DNA of 64,000 bases. It comes from Candidatus Syntropharchaeum caldarium (GTDB lineage Archaea; Halobacteriota; Syntropharchaeia; Syntropharchaeales; Syntropharchaeaceae). Both the position numbers and the translations under genes were made by a program. Each line of letters starts with the position of its first letter. Position 1 is the first letter of the stretch. The stretch is taken from the NCBI GenBank assembly GCA_001766815.1, contig LYOS01000001.1, positions 148,998-212,997 on the forward strand, read 5' to 3'. The notes under the pieces are model-generated. The model had not been told where the DNA came from. It saw nothing but the letters and a program-made list of their open reading frames with translations, and did not search any database. Of this stretch, positions 42,279 to 51,624 are shown in pieces.

Positions 42279-42911
42279 ATGTCTATATATGTTCTGGGAA
42301 TAAATGGCTCACCAAGGATGGGAAATACGTACGAGATGCTTAATGCCGTGCTTTCTGGGGCGTCATCACATGGAGGTAAGACAGAACTTCTGAATCTCTC
42401 TGAGTATGAGATCAGGCATTGCATGGGACACCCAAAGGAGTTCTGTGAGAAAGGCTGTCCACTCGCAGATGACTTTAAAATGATAGGATCAAAGCTCATA
42501 TCAGCAGACTGTATCGTAATCGGTTCACCCACTTTTATGGGTGATGTCTCCGGTCTTCTGAAGAGTTTTATGGACAGGTCGGTTCATCTCAGACGGAGTG
42601 GATTTAAACTCAGAAACCGTGTAGGAGCTGGGCTTACGGTCGGCGCGCACATTGGTGGGGGACAGGATCTTGCGCTCAGAACCATCCACACCTTCTTCCT
42701 GAAGCACGACATGATCGTTGTAAGTGAAGGTTCACCGAGCTCACAGGCAGGTGTGATTGCGGTTGCAAGAGATTTATTTGATGTCGTACAGGATAAACGG
42801 GTGATGAATGAATGCAAAAATCTTGGCAGGAGAGTTGTCGAGATCGCAGAGATGCTTGCAATTAATGGGAGTTTAAACGACCACCAAGATTTAAATAGTC
42901 TAAAACCTTAG
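42279..42911 (+). CDS. Flavodoxin-like NADPH-dependent FMN reductase / iron-sulfur flavoprotein-like protein
   Basis: VLGINGSPRMGNTY N-terminus and Cys cluster HCMGHPKEFCEKGC; alternative starts at 42234 and 42252. Confidence 0.55.
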   Translation: MSIYVLGINGSPRMGNTYEMLNAVLSGASSHGGKTELLNLSEYEIRHCMGHPKEFCEKGCPLADDFKMIGSKLISADCIVIGSPTFMGDVSGLLKSFMDRSVHLRRSGFKLRNRVGAGLTVGAHIGGGQDLALRTIHTFFLKHDMIVVSEGSPSSQAGVIAVARDLFDVVQDKRVMNECKNLGRRVVEIAEMLAINGSLNDHQDLNSLKP

Positions 42912-42952
42912 AACTGTTTGATATAAGCACCTCAGGATCAAATGGTGATTGG

Positions 42953-43381
42953 ATGAAGAAGAAAGTCTCAAAGTACAGGGGTTCACGCACATGCGGTGGC
43001 GGAACACACAAGAACCGTAGAGGAGCTGGTAGTAGAGGTGGACGAGGACGCGCAGGGTTAGATGAGCACCATTTTGCATATTATTACAAGCGTGGAATCA
43101 TCGTGGGCAAACACGGATTCAAGCGTCCAGATGCTGCGAAAAAAGAGCTCAAAACTATCAATGTCAGCACGCTTGATCAGATGGCTGACAATCTCCTGAA
43201 GACTGGGGCAGCAACGGAGTTAGAGGGGAAGATACAGATCGATCTTCAAAGTCTTGGCATCGATAAGGTACTTGGTAGTGGAAAAGTTACAAGACCACTC
43301 CAGGTCGAGGGTGTGGCCATCACAGAGCGCGCACGAGATAAGATCGAGTCTGCTGGTGGGCTGGTAGTCACATATGAGTAA
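42953..43381 (+). CDS. rpl15: 50S ribosomal protein L15
   Basis: YRGSRTCGGGTHKNRRGAGSRGGRGRAG. Confidence 0.85.
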   Translation: MKKKVSKYRGSRTCGGGTHKNRRGAGSRGGRGRAGLDEHHFAYYYKRGIIVGKHGFKRPDAAKKELKTINVSTLDQMADNLLKTGAATELEGKIQIDLQSLGIDKVLGSGKVTRPLQVEGVAITERARDKIESAGGLVVTYE

Positions 43382-44861
43382 CGGAGAGTACGGATTCAAA
43401 GACCGACTCGCCCCGATATTGCAGCGATTTCCGGCGGTAGAGCGGCCAGCGATGCACGTTCACTTCAAGCGCAAGCTTGGATGGACAATAGCTGTTTTAA
43501 TACTCTATTTTGTCCTATCCAATGTGCCACTATTCGGGCTTTCTCCAGATTCAATCGATCTCTTTGCCCAGTACAGAGCGTTCTTTGCAGGTGCTTCAGG
43601 TTCACTCTTGCTTCTTGGTATAGGACCGATCGTGACCGCATCTATCGTGTTACAGCTTCTCGTGGGTGCAGATATAATAAAACTGGATCTATCGAATCCA
43701 CGGGATCAGGCGATCTTCCAGGGTGGGCAGAAGTTTCTGGTTCTTGTTATGATCGTTCTTACAACCCTACCCCAGATGGTTGGTGCAAATCCGTACATAA
43801 AACCAGATCTTGGGCTTGCAGCAAGCATGGGGGTTGATCCATCTGTCCTATGGTGGGCACTCTTCATCCAGATCTTTATTGGTGGCGTTTTGATAATGTT
43901 CCTCGATGAGATCGTATCCAAATGGGGAATCGGATCCGGTGTCGGGCTATTCATCGTCGCCGGAGTTGCTCAGGCGCTTGTGACAGGCATCCTCAACTGG
44001 CAGCTCGATCAGGGTATGCCGATTGGCATTATACCCAGGTGGATATGGATCGCCCAGAATATGGGCGCAAGTGAGCTTCTATCGGGTGAAGGGTTCAGGT
44101 TCCTCCTGATCAGTGGAGGGGTTCTTGCACTCATCACAACGATTATCATATTCCTGCTTGTCATCTTCTTTGAGTCCACAAGGGTTGAGATTCCGCTTGC
44201 ACACAGTGCGGTAAGGGGCGCAAGGGGAAAGTTTCCGGTGAAACTGATCTATGCAAGTGTTCTTCCGATGATACTGGTTCGAGCGCTTCAGGCGAACATC
44301 CAGATGGTTGGAATGATACTGGCACGGAAGGGAAACACCCTGCTTGGTGTCTATGATGCTGCATCAGGAAAACCGATCTCAGGGCTCATGTACTACTTAA
44401 ACCCGATTTATAGCCCTTATGACTGGATACCCTCGCTTGTTCACCAGAACTACCCTGATATTGCAACATGGCAGATCGCATTGCGGCTTGGATGTGATCT
44501 TGGATTGATGGTAATTGGTGGTATGATCTTTGCGGTCTTCTGGATCAATACGACCAACATGGGTGCTGATGCGGTTGCAAAACAGATCCAGCGATCAGGG
44601 ATGCAGATTCCAGGGTTCAGGCGAGATCCAAGAATCCTTGAGCGTGTGCTTGAAAGATACATCCCCAAAGTCACGATAATCGGTGGAGCGCTTGTTGGTC
44701 TTCTGGTTGTTGTTGCAAATATGCTTGGGACGATCGGCAATGCATCTGGAACCGGGATTTTACTTGCCGTTAGTATTACATACCGATTGTATGAGGATAT
44801 AGCAAGTGAGCAGATGATGGAGATGCATCCGATGATACGCGGTTTATTCGGGAAGGAGTGA
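43374..44861 (+). CDS. secY: Preprotein translocase subunit SecY
   Basis: Ten-TM protein; position between L15 and adenylate kinase as in archaeal ribosomal clusters. Confidence 0.95.
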   Translation: MSNGEYGFKDRLAPILQRFPAVERPAMHVHFKRKLGWTIAVLILYFVLSNVPLFGLSPDSIDLFAQYRAFFAGASGSLLLLGIGPIVTASIVLQLLVGADIIKLDLSNPRDQAIFQGGQKFLVLVMIVLTTLPQMVGANPYIKPDLGLAASMGVDPSVLWWALFIQIFIGGVLIMFLDEIVSKWGIGSGVGLFIVAGVAQALVTGILNWQLDQGMPIGIIPRWIWIAQNMGASELLSGEGFRFLLISGGVLALITTIIIFLLVIFFESTRVEIPLAHSAVRGARGKFPVKLIYASVLPMILVRALQANIQMVGMILARKGNTLLGVYDAASGKPISGLMYYLNPIYSPYDWIPSLVHQNYPDIATWQIALRLGCDLGLMVIGGMIFAVFWINTTNMGADAVAKQIQRSGMQIPGFRRDPRILERVLERYIPKVTIIGGALVGLLVVVANMLGTIGNASGTGILLAVSITYRLYEDIASEQMMEMHPMIRGLFGKE

Positions 44862-44867
44862 TCTTAC

Positions 44868-45440
44868 GTGTCTGTCATTGTTCTCACAGGTATACCGGGT
44901 GTTGGGAGCAGTACAGTTGCCAGAGAAGCACTGAATATGATGGATGATGATGCTGCATCCAGGTTCAGATCTGTTAACTACGGTGATGTGATGTTCGAGG
45001 TTGCACAGCAGAAAGGACTTGTCAAATCTCGCGACGAGATGCGGAAGCTTGAAAGTTCTATTCAGCGTGCGATCCAGCAGAAGGCAGCAAAGAAGATCGC
45101 TTCGATTGAGGGCAGGGTGATTCTTGACACTCACATCACAATAAAAACACCACAGGGCTATTTGCCTGGGCTTCCGAGATGGGTACTTGATGGACTTGAG
45201 CCAGACCTGATCATACTCGTTGAGGCTGATCCTGAGGAGATCTATCAACGGAGGGTGAAGGATAAATCAAGGTCAAGAGATTCTGACTCTGTCGAGCTTA
45301 TCGATGAGCACCAGCAGATAAATAGAGCCACAGGGATGGCTTATGCAGCCTTAAGTGGTGCAACCGTCAAGATCATCGCAAACCATGATAATGGACTTAA
45401 AGATGCAGCAAGTGAACTTTTAGAAGTTATTTCAGGATGA
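44868..45440 (+). CDS. adkA: Adenylate kinase, archaeal type
   Basis: P-loop LTGIPGVGSSTV. Confidence 0.85.
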   Translation: MSVIVLTGIPGVGSSTVAREALNMMDDDAASRFRSVNYGDVMFEVAQQKGLVKSRDEMRKLESSIQRAIQQKAAKKIASIEGRVILDTHITIKTPQGYLPGLPRWVLDGLEPDLIILVEADPEEIYQRRVKDKSRSRDSDSVELIDEHQQINRATGMAYAALSGATVKIIANHDNGLKDAASELLEVISG

Positions 45441-45444
45441 TCTG

Positions 45445-46056
45445 ATGAAAAAGAAAGCAAAAGAGCTTATTGAGAGGATGTTACTTGCGCTGGGATTCAG
45501 CCTGCTTTTTGGTATCATGCTTCTTGGACCGGATTTTCGAAATGGACTCGGTACTTTTGTAGGGAGCTTCATGAACCCTATTGCAGCATTAATCCCGTTT
45601 CATCTGCTTATTGTGATTCTTGCGATCGTGACAGGTGTATATGCAAGCCTCATCCAGAAGTACACGATCGACTGGGAGCTTATGCGCCGGGTCCAGAAGA
45701 AGATGCGGGAATTTCAGAAGGAATTTCGTGAGGCACAGCAGCAGGAAAATAAGTACAAGCTCAAAAAACTTCAGGAGCAGCAGGTAGAGATGATGCAGGA
45801 ACAGGCGGAGATGTCAAAGCAGCAGTTCAAGCCGATGGCGTATATCGGAATCGTCTCAATACCACTCTGGATGTGGATGTATCAGTATGTTGTAGAGTAC
45901 AAAGATGTTCTTCCTCCACTGATCCTTCCGATTGTTGGTGAGAAAGCGTTGATGGATCCATGGTTCTTCCTGCATTACTGGATCCTCTGGTATATTGTCT
46001 GCTCGATTCCATTTGGGGCGCTCATGCGCAAGATTCTGAACGTCGGTGGGATTTAG
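45445..46056 (+). CDS. DUF106 membrane protein (archaeal Oxa1/YidC-like insertase family)
   Basis: Three TM helices with a central coiled, charged segment; conserved position after adenylate kinase. Confidence 0.65.
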   Translation: MKKKAKELIERMLLALGFSLLFGIMLLGPDFRNGLGTFVGSFMNPIAALIPFHLLIVILAIVTGVYASLIQKYTIDWELMRRVQKKMREFQKEFREAQQQENKYKLKKLQEQQVEMMQEQAEMSKQQFKPMAYIGIVSIPLWMWMYQYVVEYKDVLPPLILPIVGEKALMDPWFFLHYWILWYIVCSIPFGALMRKILNVGGI

Positions 46057-46588
46057 TGTGATCATCACCATTGGAGGATTGCCGGGGAGTGGGTCAACAA
46101 CGGTCGCGCGTATTTTATCAGCACGACTCGGTCTCGAATATATCTCATCAGGCGAGATCTTCAGGGAACTTGCAAAGGAACGGGGCGTGACGCTCGAGGA
46201 GTTTGGAAAGATCGCGGAAGCGGATGATACAATCGACAGGATGATCGATGAAAGACAGAAGAAGATCGCGTCCAGTCGGGAAGATCTGATCGTTGAGGGA
46301 AGACTTTCAGGGATCCTACTCAGGGAGTATGCGAATCTGACCGTCTGGCTAAAGGCACCGCTTGATGTGAGGGTTGAACGAGTAACAGAACGGGATGCCC
46401 TCGATCGATCGAGACTTCTAACCCTGATCAAAGAGCGGGAACACTCTGAGTGGATCAGATACAATGAATACTATGGTGTTGACCTCAAGGACCTCTCTCT
46501 ATATGATCTTGTGATTGATACATCTCGCTGGAGTGCAGAAGAAGTTACAGATATCATTTTAATGGCAGTGGAGCTTTCTTCAGGATAG
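46046..46588 (+). CDS. cmk: Cytidylate kinase, archaeal type (GTG start)
   Basis: P-loop GGLPGSGSTTVA. Confidence 0.85.
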   Translation: MGFSVIITIGGLPGSGSTTVARILSARLGLEYISSGEIFRELAKERGVTLEEFGKIAEADDTIDRMIDERQKKIASSREDLIVEGRLSGILLREYANLTVWLKAPLDVRVERVTERDALDRSRLLTLIKEREHSEWIRYNEYYGVDLKDLSLYDLVIDTSRWSAEEVTDIILMAVELSSG

Positions 46589-47116
46589 ATTTAGAACCTT
46601 CTCGATATCATCCAGCCGTTCAAGAACCTCGATTCCACGCATCTTTCGCAACGCATCGACATTCTTAACGTCTTCCTCTCTTATCCTGAGCTTCATCTTT
46701 TTCCCGTCAGGAAGAACTGTCTCAACCTCACCTACTTTTTGATCAACAGGAAATATATAAACAGGAATACCGACCTTCATCGCCTGAGAAGCCGCATTTG
46801 ATAGGAGCGTATCAGCGATCCCGTGTGCGATCTTTGCGACCGTGTTTGCGGTAGCTGGTGCAATTATAAAATAATCAAACTCATTCATCTGAAGTTTTGC
46901 TGCAAGAAATGGAGCATTCGCACTTTTTTCAACCTTGTAACCTGGAAAAACCTCTTTTACCCTTTTCAAGAGCTTATAGAACTTCAGTACAATCTCGCCC
47001 TCCTTGGAGGCATAGGGGATGATCTCAAGGTCGTACTTCTTCTTTAGTGCTTCCATAAAGTCAACGGTCTCTGTGATTTTATCTCCGCTCCCCGTGATCC
47101 CCCATGCGATTCTGAT
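46580..47116 (-). CDS. Flavoprotein-family protein (CoaC/AfpA-like FMN-binding fold) with non-canonical or missing start codon
   Basis: Conserved N-terminal IAWGITGSGD is encoded in frame upstream of the first ATG (47056) and directly after the TAG stop of the upstream gene (47117-47119); C-terminal IIAPATANTVAKIAHGIADTLL motif. Confidence 0.55.
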   Translation of the reverse strand: MRIAWGITGSGDKITETVDFMEALKKKYDLEIIPYASKEGEIVLKFYKLLKRVKEVFPGYKVEKSANAPFLAAKLQMNEFDYFIIAPATANTVAKIAHGIADTLLSNAASQAMKVGIPVYIFPVDQKVGEVETVLPDGKKMKLRIREEDVKNVDALRKMRGIEVLERLDDIEKVLNLS

Positions 47117-48334
47117 CTACATCACCTTTTCAAGTGTCATATCAAACATCTTCTTTGTCTCACGCGCCAGACCCTCTGGAAGTCCTTTGATATCGATGCT
47201 CAGAAAACCTCGTATTATCATGCCGACTGCCTCATCCTCTGTAAATCCTCTTGCCATCAGGTATCGTATCTCTTCTTCAGCGATCTTTCCAACCGCTGCC
47301 TCGTGCGATAGATCAATATTCTTCCTTCGGGCTTTGAGCTCTGGTATCGACTCGATCATCGAAGAATCTGATAGCATAAGTCCCCTGCACTCAAGGTGTC
47401 CACGCACGTTTTCTGCTTCACCGACGAGATCGCCTTTTGCAATGATTCGTGCATTATCTGTTGCAATTGCCCTTGAGATTATCTCCCCTCTGCTTCCTTT
47501 ACCCTGAAGCACGATCCTCGAACCCGAATCGATATTCGTGTTACCATGTGCATAGATTATCGACTGGAATGATGCCCTTGAATTCTCACCAGCACAGATA
47601 GCAGTGGGATACATCTGGAGGGATTTTACAGGCGTCATGAATATATAGTTACTGATAAATACGCCGTTATCCTCGATAAGCGTGGCACTTCTTGGTCGCA
47701 CATCGACTCCACCCGACCAGTTGTGAACCATCGTGAATGTGATCTTTGCGTTTTTCTTTACATAGAACTCTGATATGCCAAGATGCAGAGCTTCGCTAAC
47801 AGTGTGTGCGACGGTACATCCTGTTATTATATTGAGTTCAGAGTTCTCCTCTGCGATTACGATATTGTGAACATTCTGCCTGATCTTATCCTTTGATATG
47901 AAGAGACAGGACTGTAGCGGTAACGTGATCTTCGTACCTTTTTCTGCCCGCAGGAAGTACCCCTGGGTCGGCCTTTCCGCAACTTCTTTCGTGTAAATAT
48001 CCTTATCAGCAGGGACGATATTCCAGAGGTATTCATCAAGCCAGGAATGTTTCTTAATGGCTTCTTCTGTGCTCAGGATCTCAAGCCCTGGAATCAGTGA
48101 TTTTGCAAATACGACCGAGTGATCCTGCTGTAAGAACGATCCTGATCGTTCCTTTTCTTCTGGATCTATACCTGCTGCAAGTAACTCTCCCTCATACTCA
48201 TCAAGCTCCTTGAGTGATGAGATTGGACCATGCTCTCCTCCCTTAAGCCTGTAGGATTCGATCTTGACCTCTTCAGAACTCACACCTAACACCTTCTTTT
48301 CCGCATTTTGCAACACAGCCTTCAAACCCTTCAT
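47117..48334 (-). CDS. Fe-S cluster assembly protein SufB/SufD family
   Basis: SufBD beta-helix-like C-terminal region; the track start overlaps sufC by 62 nt, so the true start is probably further downstream. Confidence 0.75.
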   Translation of the reverse strand: MKGLKAVLQNAEKKVLGVSSEEVKIESYRLKGGEHGPISSLKELDEYEGELLAAGIDPEEKERSGSFLQQDHSVVFAKSLIPGLEILSTEEAIKKHSWLDEYLWNIVPADKDIYTKEVAERPTQGYFLRAEKGTKITLPLQSCLFISKDKIRQNVHNIVIAEENSELNIITGCTVAHTVSEALHLGISEFYVKKNAKITFTMVHNWSGGVDVRPRSATLIEDNGVFISNYIFMTPVKSLQMYPTAICAGENSRASFQSIIYAHGNTNIDSGSRIVLQGKGSRGEIISRAIATDNARIIAKGDLVGEAENVRGHLECRGLMLSDSSMIESIPELKARRKNIDLSHEAAVGKIAEEEIRYLMARGFTEDEAVGMIIRGFLSIDIKGLPEGLARETKKMFDMTLEKVM

Positions 48335-49031
48335 TCAGGATGTGGTTGTAGATCTCTTCTGTTATGCCTGAGCAGGCGATCCTTCCATCGAGCAGGACAT
48401 GTGCTCTGTCTGCTTTTATGTAGTTTAAGATGTATCCGATGTGGGAAATTATGAGGGCAGACTTTTGACGCTCGCTGGGTCTTCTGTCACGCTCAAGCAT
48501 CTCGTTTGTTATTTTACCAAGAAGCTCCACGTTCTCAACATCAACACCCGAATCAGGCTCATCAAACATGAAAAAGTCAGGGTTCTGCGCAAGAAGCTGT
48601 AAGATCTCAGAGCGTTTCACCTCTCCTCCAGAGAAACCGAGATTCAGATCCCGGGAAAGGAACTCTTCTGAGAGGTTCAGCCTTCTGGCAAGTGCTTTTG
48701 CATCGCCACCACCTCTTCTCTCAAGAAGCTGTCCCACAACATCACCGAGCTTCACACCCCTGATTTCAGGGGGATGCTGGAAGGATACGCCCATCCCGAG
48801 CTTTACTCGATCTGTGGTATTAAACTCGGTTATATCAACACCCTTGAAGTATATCTTTCCTTCAACGACGTTATATCCTGGAAACCCGAGTATCGTCAAA
48901 AAAAGCGTTGTTTTGCCGGATCCATTTGCACCAAAGAGAACATGAACCTCTCCCTCGCCGATATGGAGGTTCAGATCATTGAGTATCCGCTTACCTCCAA
49001 CCTCGACCGAGAGATTCTGAATCTCAAGCAC
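48273..49031 (-). CDS. sufC: Fe-S cluster assembly ATPase SufC
   Basis: Walker A GANGSGKTT, signature FSGGEVKRSE, Walker B FMFDEPDSG. Confidence 0.9.
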   Translation of the reverse strand: MLEIQNLSVEVGGKRILNDLNLHIGEGEVHVLFGANGSGKTTLFLTILGFPGYNVVEGKIYFKGVDITEFNTTDRVKLGMGVSFQHPPEIRGVKLGDVVGQLLERRGGGDAKALARRLNLSEEFLSRDLNLGFSGGEVKRSEILQLLAQNPDFFMFDEPDSGVDVENVELLGKITNEMLERDRRPSERQKSALIISHIGYILNYIKADRAHVLLDGRIACSGITEEIYNHILNEGFEGCVAKCGKEGVRCEF

Positions 49032-49253
49032 CTAAATCGCCTCCACGGATGCAATCTCTGGCACCTTCTCCCTTATCCGCTGCTCAATAACATTTGCAAG
49101 CGTCATCTGTGAGAATGCACAACCTGCACATGCACCTTGAAGCCTCACCTTCACAACACCGTTCTCATCGACATCGATAAGCTCAACATCTCCGCCATCT
49201 GCCTGCAGGAACGGTTTTATCTCGTTTATTACTGCTTCCACTCTCTCTTTCAT
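49032..49253 (-). CDS. NifU-like (Nfu-type) Fe-S cluster scaffold/carrier domain protein
   Basis: GACAGCAFS CxxC motif in a 73 aa protein. Confidence 0.75.
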   Translation of the reverse strand: MKERVEAVINEIKPFLQADGGDVELIDVDENGVVKVRLQGACAGCAFSQMTLANVIEQRIREKVPEIASVEAI

Positions 49254-49259
49254 TCTATC

Positions 49260-49781
49260 TCACCTCCGTTGTATGGTATACTGATTTATATGCAACCGCT
49301 CTTTAAGTTCAGCCATCTTCTTTGGTGATGGCTCTTCCGCTGCATACCCGATGGGTATCACTGCTGCAAGCTGCATATTCTCATCTAAGCCAAGGAGTTC
49401 TTTAAGCTTTCTGTTTCTGAATGCCAGGATGACACCTGCAAGTCCTTCTGCTGTCAATGCAAGCAGGATGTTCTCGATCGCTGTAAAGCATGATGCAAAT
49501 ACGTCATCCCCCAGCTTCTCATTCGGTTTATAGCATACTACAAGTAAGAGAGGCGCGGTCTCAAGTGCTCTCTTCTGTCTTGGTATCTTTTCACGCATCA
49601 GAGCAATCTCTTGCTTTATTTCGGGATCCTTGACAAGTATGAACTCCCATGGTTGTGAATTAAAAGCACTCGGTGCCATCGTACCCGCCTCAAGCACCCT
49701 CAAAATTATATCATCTGCCACCTCGTCCGACTTAAAGTTGTAGACGCTTCTTCTCGACCTGATCGCATCATACAGATCCAT
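49260..49781 (-). CDS. Nitroreductase-family protein
   Basis: RRSVYNFKSDEV...APSAFNSQPWEFILV. Confidence 0.8.
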   Translation of the reverse strand: MDLYDAIRSRRSVYNFKSDEVADDIILRVLEAGTMAPSAFNSQPWEFILVKDPEIKQEIALMREKIPRQKRALETAPLLLVVCYKPNEKLGDDVFASCFTAIENILLALTAEGLAGVILAFRNRKLKELLGLDENMQLAAVIPIGYAAEEPSPKKMAELKERLHINQYTIQRR

Positions 49782-49954
49782 TCAATCAATCTCCCTGCAT
49801 AATTATGGGACAATACCTATCACATTCAATCCCTTGTATTCTTCATCTTTGGGTACTTTGCTCGCCCTGATACCACTTTTGAGGAGAACAAACACCTTTA
49901 TATAATCTTTCCTTCGTAGAACGAGTTTTTATATAGGCGAAGTGAGGTTGATCG

Positions 49955-50005
49955 TCTGCAGTGAAAGCCCTGCAGCTAAAAAAAAATAAAATAAAAAAAC
50001 AAACC
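49955..50005 (-). terminator. Archaeal oligo-T terminator with adjacent hairpin downstream of the glutamate-synthase-like gene
   Basis: On the minus strand the stop at 50010-50012 is followed by GGGGGGTTTGTTTTTTTATTTTATTTTTTTTT, then a CTGCAG/CTGCAG stem with an 8-nt loop. Confidence 0.45.
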
Positions 50006-50009
50006 CCCC

Positions 50010-51602
50010 TCACCCGAGGAGGATCTCATCAAAGCAATCCATATCGATTTCAGCAACCGTCGGAATGCCTGTCACTTCACTTGCATGTTTTGTAAGGGCT
50101 GCAAGATCGCTTCTATCAATTAGATCAAGCCTGAACTTTCTCTCACCTGCCATGAGCTGCTGGAGCCCTACTTTGATGCGGTTGAAGTACGTGTAGACAC
50201 CGATCGCACCTGATGGGATCTTTTTGACATCTTTGCCATACTTCTCTTCAAGCTCACTGTATGCAACAAAGAACTGTTCTGGATCTGATCCATACTTCTC
50301 GGCAAACGAGAGCGGTAATCTACCCTCTTCTGCAAGCTCTGCGAAGTACTGTGCTTTCATACCTGCTGTGAGTGGTGCTCTTGCCATAGCTATCGCCTTT
50401 ACCGCAGGGTTGTTGCCGTAGTTACTCATCGCTATACACTTGTAGATCTGGGTCTCGTTCACAAACCCACCTGCAAATGAGATGTCAGGAACGTACATGC
50501 CGTTACTTCGCATAAGTTCGATACCGTGCATCACCTGCGCAAATAGATAGACGGTCGGGACCGAACACTCATTCATCATAGGAACAGGGCTCATACCGGT
50601 ACCGCCACCTGCACCATCAAAGGTTATCTGGTCGATCTTAGCCTCAGAAGCAACTCTCAGTGTGAATGCGGTTGCAGCAGGTCTGTATGCACCTGTCTTC
50701 AGGAATACCTTCTTTGCACCCTGACTCCTCAGCCATTCAATATCCTCGACAAAACTCCTCTGTTCTGGCATTCCAACCCTGCTGTGCCGCTCAAATGTTC
50801 TGAACGCACCAGCCTTGAACGCTCTCTGAACAGCGGGATCTTCAGGGTCTGGGTTAACGATGTAACCACGTCGCTGGAGCATGATCGCTTTATCAAGGTC
50901 TGATATTCGAACCTCGCCACCGATCGCCTTTGCACCCTGTCCCCACTTTCGTTCGATGATATTAACCTCAAGCTTTGAGAGTGCATAAACGTCCACACCA
51001 AACCGCTGATCCTCGACATTTGTCTGTACACCGACGTCGCCATGCTTACCATCCCAGAAACTTCTGAAGGACTCGATCCGCCTCGTCAGCTCATCAGAGT
51101 GTGAAACTTTTCCCATCCCATCAAACTTCGTTTCAGGATCCATACCGCAGACGTTCTCACCAGGCATGATGATCGTTCCTGAGATCGCAGCCCCTATCGC
51201 ACATGAATCCCAGTATCGCCTTGCGACATCTGTTGAGCCAAGACCTGTTATGTAAGCTGGCACAAGCATCGGTATGCCGCCAAGCTTTGTTGTGACATCA
51301 ACATTCGGGAAGGTGGCAAGATCGGGGTCTGCTGCAATTCCCTTTGCTCCAACCACATCGGTCATGATCTGGAAGTCTGACCAGTCAAGTCCATAATCTT
51401 TGTTTGATGATGCTGTACTATCTCCGAATTGCTCTGGCTCTGGATAGAGAACCTCTCTACCTCTGAAAGCCGATTTACCAACCTCACACAGGACTGTACA
51501 TTCCTTTATACAGATCGGACACATCCCACTCGTTGGGTTAACATCCCTTCGCCTTATCGATGTGCCGCTCGTGGATCTTGCATTTGCATAGATATCCGAC
51601 AT
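50010..51602 (-). CDS. Glutamate synthase FMN-binding domain family protein (GltB domain 2-like)
   Basis: N-terminal CPICIKECTVLCE cysteines and TIM-barrel FMN-domain motifs (GAGGGTGMSP). Confidence 0.7.
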   Translation of the reverse strand: MSDIYANARSTSGTSIRRRDVNPTSGMCPICIKECTVLCEVGKSAFRGREVLYPEPEQFGDSTASSNKDYGLDWSDFQIMTDVVGAKGIAADPDLATFPNVDVTTKLGGIPMLVPAYITGLGSTDVARRYWDSCAIGAAISGTIIMPGENVCGMDPETKFDGMGKVSHSDELTRRIESFRSFWDGKHGDVGVQTNVEDQRFGVDVYALSKLEVNIIERKWGQGAKAIGGEVRISDLDKAIMLQRRGYIVNPDPEDPAVQRAFKAGAFRTFERHSRVGMPEQRSFVEDIEWLRSQGAKKVFLKTGAYRPAATAFTLRVASEAKIDQITFDGAGGGTGMSPVPMMNECSVPTVYLFAQVMHGIELMRSNGMYVPDISFAGGFVNETQIYKCIAMSNYGNNPAVKAIAMARAPLTAGMKAQYFAELAEEGRLPLSFAEKYGSDPEQFFVAYSELEEKYGKDVKKIPSGAIGVYTYFNRIKVGLQQLMAGERKFRLDLIDRSDLAALTKHASEVTGIPTVAEIDMDCFDEILLG

Positions 51603-51624
51603 TTTTTTTCACCTCAACTAAAAT

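Noticed and set aside
47117-47119. Pyrrolysine (TAG) readthrough fusing SufBD to the flavoprotein
   Set aside because: TAG also terminates the giant paralog 1 gene, and no pyl genes are in the window; kept only as an alternative under the start-codon finding.
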